A stretch of DNA of 58,077 bases, taken from assembly GCA_049472335.1 (NCBI GenBank), contig JBLIRO010000029.1:1-58077 (forward strand). The letters run 5' to 3'. The stretch's first letter is position 1, and each line of letters begins with the position of its first letter. The translations under genes and the position numbers were made by a program. The notes beneath the pieces are model-generated. The model had not been told where the DNA came from, did not search any database, and was given only the letters and a program-made list of their open reading frames with translations. Positions 10,278 to 19,709 of this stretch are shown piece after piece. Source of the stretch: a bacterium. Lineage in GTDB: Bacteria > SZUA-182 > DTGQ01 > JAFGSM01.

Positions 10278-10768
10278 TGTATGGAAACCCTTCCGGTATC
10301 TCGCGTAATGGTTATTGTCATGGATTCCCCCTGGGTTTGAAGGACAATCTGTCCGTCTGAAGCCAGGCTTACTGCTGAGCTGTCGAGCGGTTTTCCCACC
10401 TGGTCAAATATCAATTTGTTCCCAAAGCTGGTGCTTACCAGATCCACACCTTTATAATAAGGATCCGTCTGGTAATTTACAATCAGAGCTCCGCGGGAAA
10501 ACGGATCGGTGGCCTTATCCGTGGTAGTATCTATATAAACGAAATAGCTGTCATTGCCCGGATCGAAAGAGAGACCGCATTGTTTCTGTTTGCTGATGCC
10601 CAGTTGCTGAGTATATCTTATGTCCATGGCTAGTTTGTTTGCCACGCTAAACAGCTTCACTGTGTTATAGGAAGTGATCCTCGTTATTGCTAAAGTGGAA
10701 AATATAAACATTATGGAGATCACTACAACGGTGTCTACCATAGTAAAGCCGTTTTTTTGTTTTATCAT
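10274..10768 (-). CDS. minor type IV pilin (FimU/GspH/MshC-like)
   Basis: NG|FTMVDTVV (Asp at +5), LAMDIRYTQQ helix, FDQVGKP and DTGRV motifs. ATG at 10768 preferred. Confidence 0.75.
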   Translation of the reverse strand: MIKQKNGFTMVDTVVVISIMFIFSTLAITRITSYNTVKLFSVANKLAMDIRYTQQLGISKQKQCGLSFDPGNDSYFVYIDTTTDKATDPFSRGALIVNYQTDPYYKGVDLVSTSFGNKLIFDQVGKPLDSSAVSLASDGQIVLQTQGESMTITITRDTGRVSIQ

Positions 10769-10787
10769 TATTATCCGTAATCCGTAA

Positions 10788-11168
10788 TCAATGAGCGGCC
10801 AGACCTTTTTCATGCAGGATCTTATCTGCCGCTTCCGCAATCTCCTTCAATCTGAAACCTTTAGAGAAGAAGTGGTCAGCTCCCTCCAACTGACACATAT
10901 CCTCCATTCCTGATTGCACTGATACTATAATAACGGGTATGTCCCATAATTTACAGTTGGATTTCAATTCCCTCAATACAGCATATCCGTTTTTTTTGGG
11001 CATCATTATATCCAGAAAGATAAGATCGGGCTGCTCCTCCAAGGCCTTTTCAAGTCCCTCATCTCCATCCGCTGCAGTAATGACGTTAAATCCCAGTGAG
11101 CCCAGATAGTCGCAGAGCAGATCACGGATTTCTTTTTGGTCGTCAATACATAAAATTGTCTTCTTCAT
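10788..11168 (-). CDS. single-domain response regulator (CheY-like receiver)
   Basis: ILCIDDQ, LIFLDIMMPKKNG and IPVIIVS motifs. Confidence 0.9.
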   Translation of the reverse strand: MKKTILCIDDQKEIRDLLCDYLGSLGFNVITAADGDEGLEKALEEQPDLIFLDIMMPKKNGYAVLRELKSNCKLWDIPVIIVSVQSGMEDMCQLEGADHFFSKGFRLKEIAEAADKILHEKGLAAH

Positions 11169-11195
11169 GGTTTCACCGATTCCTTTTATAAATTT

Positions 11196-11249
11196 GATAA
11201 GCTCGTAAAAGGGTCATCGTCCCCTTCAATGACCCTTTACAAAGCTATC
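11196..11249. repeat. intergenic palindrome (REP/MITE-like or terminator)
   Basis: GATAAGCTCGTAAAAGGGTCAT ... ATGACCCTTTACAAAGCTATC form imperfect inverted arms. Confidence 0.55.
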
Positions 11250-11261
11250 TAATCTCAACAG

Positions 11262-12662
11262 CTAGGTCTTTTCCGCCACAACTACGATTGATTGTCCCGG
11301 CCAGGGAAGAAAGGGATCGATCCTCTTCCAAAACCAGACAGAAAAATCAAAGCATTTGAGCTGTATTTTACTAAAATGCCTCCTTTTAAGTATGTTGCCA
11401 TTGAAAAACCAGGCCAGAAAGCTGATTTTATTAAATGTTTTCAAATATTCAACGGCAAACCCCTTTTCAGCTAAAAGCTCTTCTATCTCCTTTTTTTTAT
11501 ATCGTCTTTTATGGGCCAAAACCCTGTCAAGAGAGTTATAAAGACGGGGAGAATTAGGCACTACTAAAATAATCTTACCTTTTTTGGTCAGTAAGCTATG
11601 TATATTTTGCAGAACCTGACCATGATTCTCCAGATGCTCCAACACATTGATACATAATATGGTGTCGTATCTTTTTTTGATCTTGTCAATATCATTCTCA
11701 TCTTCGATATTTAACTTGATTACATCCACATTCGGCCTGTTCAGGAATATATTGTTTAATGTCTGTATATAAACCTGGTCGATATCGGAACAGGTATAAT
11801 GCTCAGCGGGTAACAGCTCCAATGCCATTGTCCCAATGCCGGAGCCTATTTCCAATATAATGTTCCCTAAATGGGGTCTGACAAAGGAGGCAAGCCATTT
11901 ATTGAAACGGTGGGTTTTTGACATGGCAAAGAGGATGCTTTTATCCCTTTCCTTGTAAATATCATCTATGAAATAAAATTTTATTATAACCCACAGGGCT
12001 GAAAGGCCGTCCCTCCAGGTAATCTTTTTACCCTCCTGATACGTTCTACCAAAATAGGAAATGGGTACCTCGAAGACCCGTGCGTTTCTCTTGGCAATCT
12101 TTAATGTCACTTCAGGCTCAAACCCGAATCTTTTTGATCTGAGCGGCAGGCTTTTTATTATAGACGTCTTGAAAACCTTATAGCATGTCTCCATATCCGT
12201 GAGATTCAGATCAGTAAACCAGTTAGATAGAAATGTCAGGAATCTGTTCCCCAGGGTGTGCTTAAAATAGAGTACACGCCGTGCCTCGGAATAAACGAAA
12301 CGGGAGCCATATACAACATCGGCTTCTCCGTCCAATATGGGTTTTATAAGCTTCTCATACTCGTTTGGATTATATTCCAGGTCCGCGTCCTGAATAAGCA
12401 CAATATCACCTGTAACCTCGTCTATACCGCGTCTTATGGCCGTCCCCTTACCCTGGTTGAGCTTTTGTCTGAATATCTTCAGGTCTTTATATATATGTGT
12501 CAGGTTTTGAATGATCTCCCAGGTCCCGTCCGTTGAAAAGTCGTCAATAATAATAAGCTCCCGGCTGATACCCTCAGGCAGATTCGCTTTAAAAACCCGC
12601 CTGACACATTCCCCTATGGTATATCTTTCATTGTAGGCAGGCATAATTATGGATAATTTCAT
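11262..12662 (-). CDS. GT2 polyprenol-phosphate glycosyltransferase fused to a class I SAM methyltransferase
   Basis: SIIMPAYNE, IDDFSTDGT, QDADLEY and TDMETCYK in the N-terminal domain; LEIGSGIG and NVLEHL in the C-terminal domain. Confidence 0.9.
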   Translation of the reverse strand: MKLSIIMPAYNERYTIGECVRRVFKANLPEGISRELIIIDDFSTDGTWEIIQNLTHIYKDLKIFRQKLNQGKGTAIRRGIDEVTGDIVLIQDADLEYNPNEYEKLIKPILDGEADVVYGSRFVYSEARRVLYFKHTLGNRFLTFLSNWFTDLNLTDMETCYKVFKTSIIKSLPLRSKRFGFEPEVTLKIAKRNARVFEVPISYFGRTYQEGKKITWRDGLSALWVIIKFYFIDDIYKERDKSILFAMSKTHRFNKWLASFVRPHLGNIILEIGSGIGTMALELLPAEHYTCSDIDQVYIQTLNNIFLNRPNVDVIKLNIEDENDIDKIKKRYDTILCINVLEHLENHGQVLQNIHSLLTKKGKIILVVPNSPRLYNSLDRVLAHKRRYKKKEIEELLAEKGFAVEYLKTFNKISFLAWFFNGNILKRRHFSKIQLKCFDFSVWFWKRIDPFLPWPGQSIVVVAEKT

Positions 12663-15217
12663 TTCTGAATCCCTTCATTACAACCATGTGGACCAGGAGG
12701 GGACGAGGTGTTTTTAATCCCTGATAAAAGGATAACACAGATTGTGAACAGCGTCATGAACAGACCCAAAATAACGCTCATGGGCCGGTATACGAATTCC
12801 ACCTTGTGATGTCCCGGAGACAGGGCCACCGCTCTAAAGGCGAAATCGGCCCGTAATATTTCCCCCTGTGACCCATCTATATATACCTCCCAGCCGGGAT
12901 AATAGGTCTCACTCAGAAACAATATCTTCGGCCTTTTCGAAAAAGTGTATAATTCGATCCTGTTTGGCTGATAATCGGATATTATAACGCGTTCTTCTTC
13001 GATCATTACGTATAAAGAATCCTTACCCTCTTCATCTGTGTCTGTTTTCCCTGAGTCTGGTGCTTCCCGAAAGGGCGCTTTGTCCAGAAGGACTATTCGA
13101 TCTGGATAAAATTCCTTACTCCGTAATATCTCTTTGTATTCATCCTCTGAACGGAGCACCTGGAAATCCTCCACCAAAAAGGCCCTTGGCAGGCAACGGA
13201 GATTTTTGTATATTCGTAATGAACCTTCGGGGTCTTCCTTATTTCCCACCATCTCCAAAAGCTCCAGATCCTCTGAATCCATCTCGTGCTTGGATATGAG
13301 ATATTTCACATTCAGCAATGACAATAAATTGGTGCTGTCAGGCCTCGGAGATTTCATGATCAATGAGTTTATCTTTTCGTAATTTCCGAGACGGATTACC
13401 TCCGCGCCATTGATATTATATATATTATGAAGCAAATTAAAACCGGGCGTGATCTTTTCCTTATCCACTTTGATTGGATCGGAAAAGGTCCCTGAATATT
13501 TTATCGACTCCTTTCGTGTTTTAGGCGCCGTTGCCACTCTTGGAAAAGGGGACGGTTCTATTTTTTTCTGACTGTGAAGGTCCGGTTCCAAAGGGGATAG
13601 AAAAACGGCAGGTTTTGTTTTTGCTCTAAAAAGGGATTCTTCTTTTTTTATAACCTGGATTGTCTCTGAAGGTTTATAATATTCCTCTGCATTATATTTT
13701 TGGTAGTATCCCCGGTTTGCAAAGAAGAGATCGATAATCAGCAGAGAAACAACAGCCAGGGAAAAGGCCCTTTTCTTTTTCACATAGCGCCACCCAAAGG
13801 CCATAACCGGTCCAAACAGTGAACAAAAGAGTAAAAAACGTTTTACATTATGGATATTTATTATGGAGAAATTGTAATCCGGCGGAGCGATCCTTTTTGC
13901 CTCCATGAATGCCTGTACAGGACCCTGATATAAGCTGATCAGGCTCCACGCACAAACGGTACAAACACTTCCGATGAGAATGCCTCTGATAATTACTTGT
14001 GCAGTTTTTTTCCGATCCATGATTTGTTGACAAAGGCTATCATATCCCAATCCAGCCCCCATTGAAAGAAAAAAGATAAAGATAAAGAGAAACTTGACCG
14101 GATACCGGATGGAATTGAAAAAGGGTAAAGAAAGAAAGAGGTATCTATATAATGGGGTATTCCCGCCAAAAGAGAGAAGAAGGGAAAGCTCCATGATCAA
14201 GATAAGCGTCAGGGCCTTCCTTTTTTTATCTGTCAAAAAGAAGAGAAACAGGACAAAAGGTATTATGCCCAGATATATGGTTTTTAGCCAGCTTTGGTTC
14301 TGCCAGTATTTCTGTGTTGAATGTGTGTATCCATAAAGATCAGGAATAAAGAACTGGATCATATCCTTAAGGTCCAGAGACCATGTGACCGCTTCTTTAT
14401 AACTCAACCCCCCTGCCCGTATGGAATGAAAGGCCATTTCTAGGAAAGGGAGCAACTGAACAGCGGAAAGGAGAATAAAGAGAAGGACGATAAAGAAAAG
14501 CCCCCGGCATCGTTTTTTTAATGTAGGGGGTGTGACTCCGGTCCCGAAGGGGTCCGGAAAGCAAATGAGAATAAAGAGCAATATAAAGGTGCCGTACAGG
14601 ATCTCGATAGCGCCTCCAAGAAACATCATGACCAGAAAGATTGAGGTGTATATCAGATACCTGGTTTTCCGGTAATTAAGGTGTTTATGATAACTCAAAA
14701 GGACCAGGGGAAGCCATACCACTGAAAGAAGATGTATGAGCAGATTATGCACTGAAAGGAGATAGCCGCTCAACATAAAGATGCTTCCGCCAATAAAAGC
14801 TCCCGTATCAGTTGCCCCTAATGTTTTCAACAAAAGATAGGAAAAACATCCTGCCATAAAAAAATGCAGAATAATGATTATATTAAACGTATAATCAAAA
14901 GGGAAAAAAAGGAGTAGAAGGTTTAAGGGATAAAGGACACCAGGTTGCAGGGAAGCGAAAAAGGGCTGTCCGCAAGAGAAGTAGGGGTTCCATAAAGGGA
15001 TCTTCCCCATCTTCACCATATCGGTCCATAATTTCCTTGGCGGTATGAAAAAGATGGACAGGTCCCTTTCGGTAAAAAGGACCCCACCCTTTAAGATATC
15101 TCTGAAATACAGTACACAGACTGCCAGGAATACACAAAAAATCAGTGTGTTTTTAAATCCTGAGCTCCAGGTGACATCCCATTTCTCTTTCTTAACCAAA
15201 CTAGATAAAAATTGCAT
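12659..15217 (-). CDS. YfhO-family GT-C membrane protein
   Basis: PLWNPYFSCGQPF, many TMs, LPRAF and SETYYPGW...VEFVYRP C-terminal motifs. Confidence 0.85.
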   Translation of the reverse strand: MQFLSSLVKKEKWDVTWSSGFKNTLIFCVFLAVCVLYFRDILKGGVLFTERDLSIFFIPPRKLWTDMVKMGKIPLWNPYFSCGQPFFASLQPGVLYPLNLLLLFFPFDYTFNIIIILHFFMAGCFSYLLLKTLGATDTGAFIGGSIFMLSGYLLSVHNLLIHLLSVVWLPLVLLSYHKHLNYRKTRYLIYTSIFLVMMFLGGAIEILYGTFILLFILICFPDPFGTGVTPPTLKKRCRGLFFIVLLFILLSAVQLLPFLEMAFHSIRAGGLSYKEAVTWSLDLKDMIQFFIPDLYGYTHSTQKYWQNQSWLKTIYLGIIPFVLFLFFLTDKKRKALTLILIMELSLLLSFGGNTPLYRYLFLSLPFFNSIRYPVKFLFIFIFFLSMGAGLGYDSLCQQIMDRKKTAQVIIRGILIGSVCTVCAWSLISLYQGPVQAFMEAKRIAPPDYNFSIINIHNVKRFLLFCSLFGPVMAFGWRYVKKKRAFSLAVVSLLIIDLFFANRGYYQKYNAEEYYKPSETIQVIKKEESLFRAKTKPAVFLSPLEPDLHSQKKIEPSPFPRVATAPKTRKESIKYSGTFSDPIKVDKEKITPGFNLLHNIYNINGAEVIRLGNYEKINSLIMKSPRPDSTNLLSLLNVKYLISKHEMDSEDLELLEMVGNKEDPEGSLRIYKNLRCLPRAFLVEDFQVLRSEDEYKEILRSKEFYPDRIVLLDKAPFREAPDSGKTDTDEEGKDSLYVMIEEERVIISDYQPNRIELYTFSKRPKILFLSETYYPGWEVYIDGSQGEILRADFAFRAVALSPGHHKVEFVYRPMSVILGLFMTLFTICVILLSGIKNTSSPPGPHGCNEGIQK

Positions 15218-15242
15218 AAATTTTAAAAATGATTTCTGCGCC

Positions 15243-15286
15243 CTCTGTGGTAATTTTTTAAACCACAGAGAGCACAGAGGATACAG
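15243..15286. repeat. REP-like palindrome (CTCTGTGGT...ACCACAGAG with extra CACAGAG units), probably the pilin mRNA 3' hairpin
   Basis: CTCTGTGGT (15243-15251) and ACCACAGAG (15262-15270) are inverted arms, followed by GCACAGAG and TACAGA. Confidence 0.55.
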
Positions 15287-15325
15287 AATTAATTAACTTG
15301 TTTGAAAAACAGTTTGATTGGATTA

Positions 15326-15727
15326 CTAGAATCCGGTATTTTCAGCGACAACACCTGCAGTTGTGGGAAGATTTGCGGCTGTCCAGTCCCAGCCATACAC
15401 ATTGCCTCCTATAGAGACTGTAAAGGAGTCTGTGGCAGATGCTGAGCTATCCACTCCCGACACCTGGGCGTTGTTCACAACATCCTGCATGTTGTATGCC
15501 GCCCCGTTTGTTCCCCCCACTAAATTCTGGGAATAAAGAACACTCACCGCACCCCTGAGGGCGGCGGTAATCCCTTTCGCAGATGCATCAGCGGCCTCTG
15601 TTTTAATGGAAAAATACTTTGGCACGGCTGTTGCCGCCAGGACTCCCAGGACGACAATGACCATGATCAGCTCAATTAAGGTGAAACCCTGATTCTTTCT
15701 GAGACTGCAACCAATCTTCTTGATCAT
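15326..15727 (-). CDS. major type IV pilin, MshA/PilA-like
   Basis: QG|FTLIELIMVIVVLGVLAATAVPKY; 119-aa mature protein; G-rich RBS before ATG 15727; has its own sigma54 promoter. Confidence 0.9.
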   Translation of the reverse strand: MIKKIGCSLRKNQGFTLIELIMVIVVLGVLAATAVPKYFSIKTEAADASAKGITAALRGAVSVLYSQNLVGGTNGAAYNMQDVVNNAQVSGVDSSASATDSFTVSIGGNVYGWDWTAANLPTTAGVVAENTGF

Positions 15728-15789
15728 TATATGTTCCCCCCTTTTGTTTAATTGTGCCATTGATATGGTCTTTTCAGAACCATACTTTG

Positions 15790-15805
15790 TGCAATCTCTA
15801 TACCA
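15790..15805 (-). promoter_or_regulatory. sigma54 (-24/-12) promoter of the major pilin
   Basis: Minus strand TGGTATAGAGATTGCA matches TGGCAC-N5-TTGCA, about 60 bp upstream of the pilin ATG and next to a sigma54 activator gene. Confidence 0.8.
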
Positions 15806-15902
15806 TCATCTCAAATAGCATCCAAAATGCCCATTCCCTTTATAAACAGGGACATTATAAAGAAAAATAAAAAGTGAGAAGATTTTTTCAGCCATTTTTT
15901 CT

Positions 15903-15938
15903 CTACACAATTTGAAGATCAAGCTACATTTCTTGTAG
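15903..15938. promoter_or_regulatory. candidate enhancer (UAS) for the PilR-like activator
   Basis: CTACA-N5-TGAAG (15903-15917) and CTACA-N5-TGTAG (15924-15938), 21 bp apart and about 100-130 bp upstream of the -24 element. Confidence 0.45.
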
Positions 15939-17318
15939 CTCCTTTATATTTTCGGTTTGAATGCCATATTTTTTTAAACGATGCCATATGCTTCTTTCTG
16001 ATATACCAAGCAGTTTAGCCGCGTGCGCCTGAATCCCCTTTGTTTTATGTAATGCTTCGATGATCATCTCCTTTTCAAAATTGGAGACAGCATCATCCAG
16101 CGAGATTGAGTTTTGTTGCAACCGGAAAGAGAGACTGTCCGGCAGTCCCCTTATATAGAGAGGGATATGGGAAGGCTTGATCAATTCTTCCTCAGTTTCC
16201 ATCATTACCATGGCAGATTCGATAACATTTTTAAGCTCTCTAACATTACCGGGCCATGGATAGTTCATCAGTATGTCCATGGCTTCTCTGGATATCCTGG
16301 GTATACTTCTGCCAAACGAAAGAGATGCCCTCTCCAGAAAGAAGTTGCTCAATATGGGAATATCAACCTTACGCTCTCTCAGGGCAGGTAAAATTATGGT
16401 GAACACATTGAGCCTGTAAAATAGATCCTCCCTGAATCTTTTTCCTTTAACCTCATTGATTAGATCCCGGTTGGTTGCCGCAATAACCCTGACATCAACC
16501 TTTATGGGATGTGTGCCGCCGATCCTTTCGAATTCTTTCTCCTGTATGATTCGCAATATCTTAGGTTGTGTCGAAAGGCTCATATCACCAATTTCGTCCA
16601 GAAAAATCGTCCCCTTGTTCGCCAGTTCGAATTTTCCGATTTTTCTGTCGATAGCTCCGGTGAAGGAACCCTTCTCATGGCCGAAGAGCTCGCTTTCCAG
16701 AAGCCCTTCCGGGACAGCCGCGCAATTCAATTTGATAAAGGGCTTGTCTTTTCTTAGACTGTTTTCAAACACTGCCTGAGCAATCAACTCCTTTCCGGTT
16801 CCGGTCTCCCCTAGAATCAATACCGTAAAATCAGTATCCGTCACCCTGGCAACCTGCCTTAAAACCCCTTTTATCATATTACCCTGACCAATGATATCCG
16901 GAAAGGACATGGACTCTATACTGCCTTTTTTTAACCGAACAAGCTCTTTTTTTATCTTGCTTTTTTCAAGAGCCCTTTTTATGGTCAGCTCCATTTCCTC
17001 TAATTTAAAGGGTTTGGTGAAATAGTCATAGACGCCTTTGTGGATGGCTTCTAATGCCAGTTTTTTTTCTCCAAAGGCAGTCATCATGATAATTGCGGAA
17101 TCGGTTTTTTCTTGAATGAGATCAATGGCCTCTATGCCATCGACCCCAGGAAGTCTTATATCCAGCAGGATGAGATCACAAGTCTCTTTTTCCAGCCAAA
17201 TGAGGGCCTGTTCGGCATCCGGGTAGGGAAAGACTTCATAGCCCTGTTTTTTAAGGGCTTCGGAGAGAAAGAATTGCATGCCATTGTCATCTTCGATAAT
17301 CAGGATCTTCTCTCTCAT
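15924..17318 (-). CDS. sigma54-dependent response regulator (NtrC family, PilR-like)
   Basis: Receiver domain, AAA+ domain (GETGTGKE, ESELFGHEKGSFTGA, FLDEIG, WPGNVREL) and Fis-type HTH. Confidence 0.95.
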   Translation of the reverse strand: MREKILIIEDDNGMQFFLSEALKKQGYEVFPYPDAEQALIWLEKETCDLILLDIRLPGVDGIEAIDLIQEKTDSAIIMMTAFGEKKLALEAIHKGVYDYFTKPFKLEEMELTIKRALEKSKIKKELVRLKKGSIESMSFPDIIGQGNMIKGVLRQVARVTDTDFTVLILGETGTGKELIAQAVFENSLRKDKPFIKLNCAAVPEGLLESELFGHEKGSFTGAIDRKIGKFELANKGTIFLDEIGDMSLSTQPKILRIIQEKEFERIGGTHPIKVDVRVIAATNRDLINEVKGKRFREDLFYRLNVFTIILPALRERKVDIPILSNFFLERASLSFGRSIPRISREAMDILMNYPWPGNVRELKNVIESAMVMMETEEELIKPSHIPLYIRGLPDSLSFRLQQNSISLDDAVSNFEKEMIIEALHKTKGIQAHAAKLLGISERSIWHRLKKYGIQTENIKELQEM

Positions 17319-18487
17319 AATTTATTTTCTCCTTGGAAAACCAATTCTCCTCTTTTACAGAGAGGAGAAACATTTTTTGAGGCTGGTAGCTCGACTATGA
17401 AAGTGGTGCCTAATTTCTGATCATTTTCAACCCAGATATCTCCGCTATGCGCGGCGATTATATGCTGGGCGATAGACAATCCCAGTCCGATCTTCTGCTT
17501 TTTTATGACAGAGAAAGGGAGAAAGAGTGTACAGATGTCATCGGCAGTGATATATGATCTTCTGTTAGTAAAGTGAATAGAGATAAAACCCATTGAGACG
17601 AAGCCTCCTGCTGTGCCGGAAGAATCTACAAGGATCTCTTCTCCATCATTGGCAAACTGCAGCATATTTCTAAGGATATTTAAAAACGCCTTATAAATCT
17701 TTTGAGGATTGGTTTTTACAGGGGGCAGGTCTTCCTGTAATTCCTCAATCACCTTTATTCCCTTGTGACTGAATTCTTTTTGGGCCTCCTGGACCACTTC
17801 TCTGAGAATCTGGTTGATATCTCTGAATTCAGATATATCCGTACAGGGTTTGGAAAATTCGATAAGCTCTTCAACCATCATATTCATCCTTTTAATGGAT
17901 TGTAAGATGGTATCAAGGTAAGTCTTTTTGGCGTCCCCATCCTTAATGCCCTTTTTCATAAGTTCCGCAAATCCCTGGATGCAACCCAATGGGTTCCTGA
18001 ATTCATGGGCAATTCGGTCCGCTATAAAGCCCAGAACAGCCAGTTGATCCGCCCTCTTCAATCGGCTCAGGAGTGGATTTGCAACCCTCATCTCCTTTTC
18101 CTTTAAATTGCATTTCAAAAGGCTTAACACCTCATCAAAGATTGAATAAAAATATTCGATCTCCCCCTCGTTGTTTAAATTGGAAGAATTGAGATAACAA
18201 TTTATATCTTCAGCCCTACTGATCAGTTTTTGAATCGGGCGGACTATGGCATAAATCAGAAAGAATCCGCATAGAAACGAAAACAGGGCCAATATCACTA
18301 CCCATATCTTCAAATGAAAAAGGGAGATAGAGTCGAGCATGTATCTCATATTCAGGGGAATGGAATTTCTTACATAATACATAGTCATGAAATAGATCAG
18401 ATTAGCTGTAAGTAATGTTATACCCAGGAATATGATCGGGACGCTAACAATAAGACGTATCTTGAAACTTTTAGACTTTTTCATCAT
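17315..18487 (-). CDS. membrane sensor histidine kinase (PilS position)
   Basis: Two TMs, H-box AHEFRNPL, N-box NILRN, GLGLSI, GTTF. The G1 box is degenerate. Confidence 0.85.
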   Translation of the reverse strand: MMKKSKSFKIRLIVSVPIIFLGITLLTANLIYFMTMYYVRNSIPLNMRYMLDSISLFHLKIWVVILALFSFLCGFFLIYAIVRPIQKLISRAEDINCYLNSSNLNNEGEIEYFYSIFDEVLSLLKCNLKEKEMRVANPLLSRLKRADQLAVLGFIADRIAHEFRNPLGCIQGFAELMKKGIKDGDAKKTYLDTILQSIKRMNMMVEELIEFSKPCTDISEFRDINQILREVVQEAQKEFSHKGIKVIEELQEDLPPVKTNPQKIYKAFLNILRNMLQFANDGEEILVDSSGTAGGFVSMGFISIHFTNRRSYITADDICTLFLPFSVIKKQKIGLGLSIAQHIIAAHSGDIWVENDQKLGTTFIVELPASKNVSPLCKRGELVFQGENKL

Positions 18488-19698
18488 CCTCCCCTAAAGA
18501 CCTTTATCATATCCCACCATGGCAAAAATATTGCCAAAGCCATAAAAAGGACCATAATGCCCAAAACTATAGTCAAAACAGGCTCTATATATGAGGAGAG
18601 GCGGCTCACCGTATATTCTGTCTCTCCTGAATAAAATTCAGCAACTTCATGTAGCATCTCATCCAGGGTGCCTGTATCCTCTCCGGTTGAAATCATACGG
18701 TAGACCAATGGGGGAAATATCCCGCTTTCTCTGACAGAATCAGATATCTTTCTCCCCGCGTTTAATTTTTTTGCCATTTCATTTATCTTTATTGCAATAT
18801 ACTCATTTCCTATGGCGCCGGACACGGTTTCCAGAGCGTGCACAATGGGTACTCCGCTTCGGGATAGCGCTTCGAGCATATATGAGAACCTGGACATGTA
18901 TATCTTTAAAAACACAGGCCCCAGGATGGGGATTTTTAATCGGGCACGATCCCATGTAATTTGTCCTGTTTCAGTTCGAATATAAAGGCAGAAGAGAATC
19001 GCTCCGAGCCCGATACCACCAATGAGAAGGAACCAGTAGTTTTGAACGACATAGTTGGTTCCGATCATAATGCGTGTGGGAAAGGGTAGATTCATCTTGG
19101 AGCTTGCGAATATTTTGGAGAATTTTGGGATAACAAATGTGACTAAAAAGAAAAAGGCGGTACAAAGGGCGATTATGACCATTAATGGATAACGCATGGC
19201 GGATTTCAGGTTATCCGTAGTCTTCCTGTTAAATTCAAGAACGAGGATGAGTTGCTCCAGAATGCTTTTTAGATTGCCGCCCATTTCACCTGTATGGACC
19301 ATATTATGATAAACATCGGAAAATACCCTTGGATATTTGGAAAGGGCTGAGGACAAACTGTTTCCCTGATCTACTTCACAACATACATCAGAGATTACCT
19401 TTTTCAGTTTTTTATTTTCAGTTTGTTCCGAAATGGCCTCAAGTCCTGATAGAAGCGGAATGCCTGATTTTATAATGGTGCGCAATTGTCTGGTAAAAAA
19501 TATTAGGTCTTCGGCTTTAACCTTTAAAAATGCGAGATCCAGATTTTGCAGAAACCCATCTTTCTTTTCAGTTATAGAAAGCGGGATATATCCAAGTTCC
19601 TCCAGTTGTATGGCTGCCGTATTGGAAGAATTGGCGACAATGGTGCCTGAAATCTTTGATCCGTCCTCTGTCTGTGCCTTGTAATTAAAAGTGATCAT
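18484..19698 (-). CDS. pilC: type IV pilus platform protein PilC/MshG (GspF family)
   Basis: FTRQL, SGIPLL, AMRYP, LPFPT, GEDTGTL and IEP motifs. Confidence 0.95.
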   Translation of the reverse strand: MITFNYKAQTEDGSKISGTIVANSSNTAAIQLEELGYIPLSITEKKDGFLQNLDLAFLKVKAEDLIFFTRQLRTIIKSGIPLLSGLEAISEQTENKKLKKVISDVCCEVDQGNSLSSALSKYPRVFSDVYHNMVHTGEMGGNLKSILEQLILVLEFNRKTTDNLKSAMRYPLMVIIALCTAFFFLVTFVIPKFSKIFASSKMNLPFPTRIMIGTNYVVQNYWFLLIGGIGLGAILFCLYIRTETGQITWDRARLKIPILGPVFLKIYMSRFSYMLEALSRSGVPIVHALETVSGAIGNEYIAIKINEMAKKLNAGRKISDSVRESGIFPPLVYRMISTGEDTGTLDEMLHEVAEFYSGETEYTVSRLSSYIEPVLTIVLGIMVLFMALAIFLPWWDMIKVFRGG

Positions 19699-19709
19699 TG
19701 GGATCTCTG

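Noticed and set aside
9889..10840. Long N-terminal extensions of the minor pilins given by the ORF track (starts 9933 and 10840), and start 15760 for the major pilin
   Set aside because: They overlap upstream genes or lack an RBS. Downstream ATGs give normal short prepilin leaders.
15326..15727. Conductive e-pilin
   Set aside because: The mature pilin is 119 aa with 10 aromatic residues (about 8%), lacks the Y27/Y32/Y57 equivalents and has aromatic-free gaps over 20 aa; no cytochrome genes nearby.
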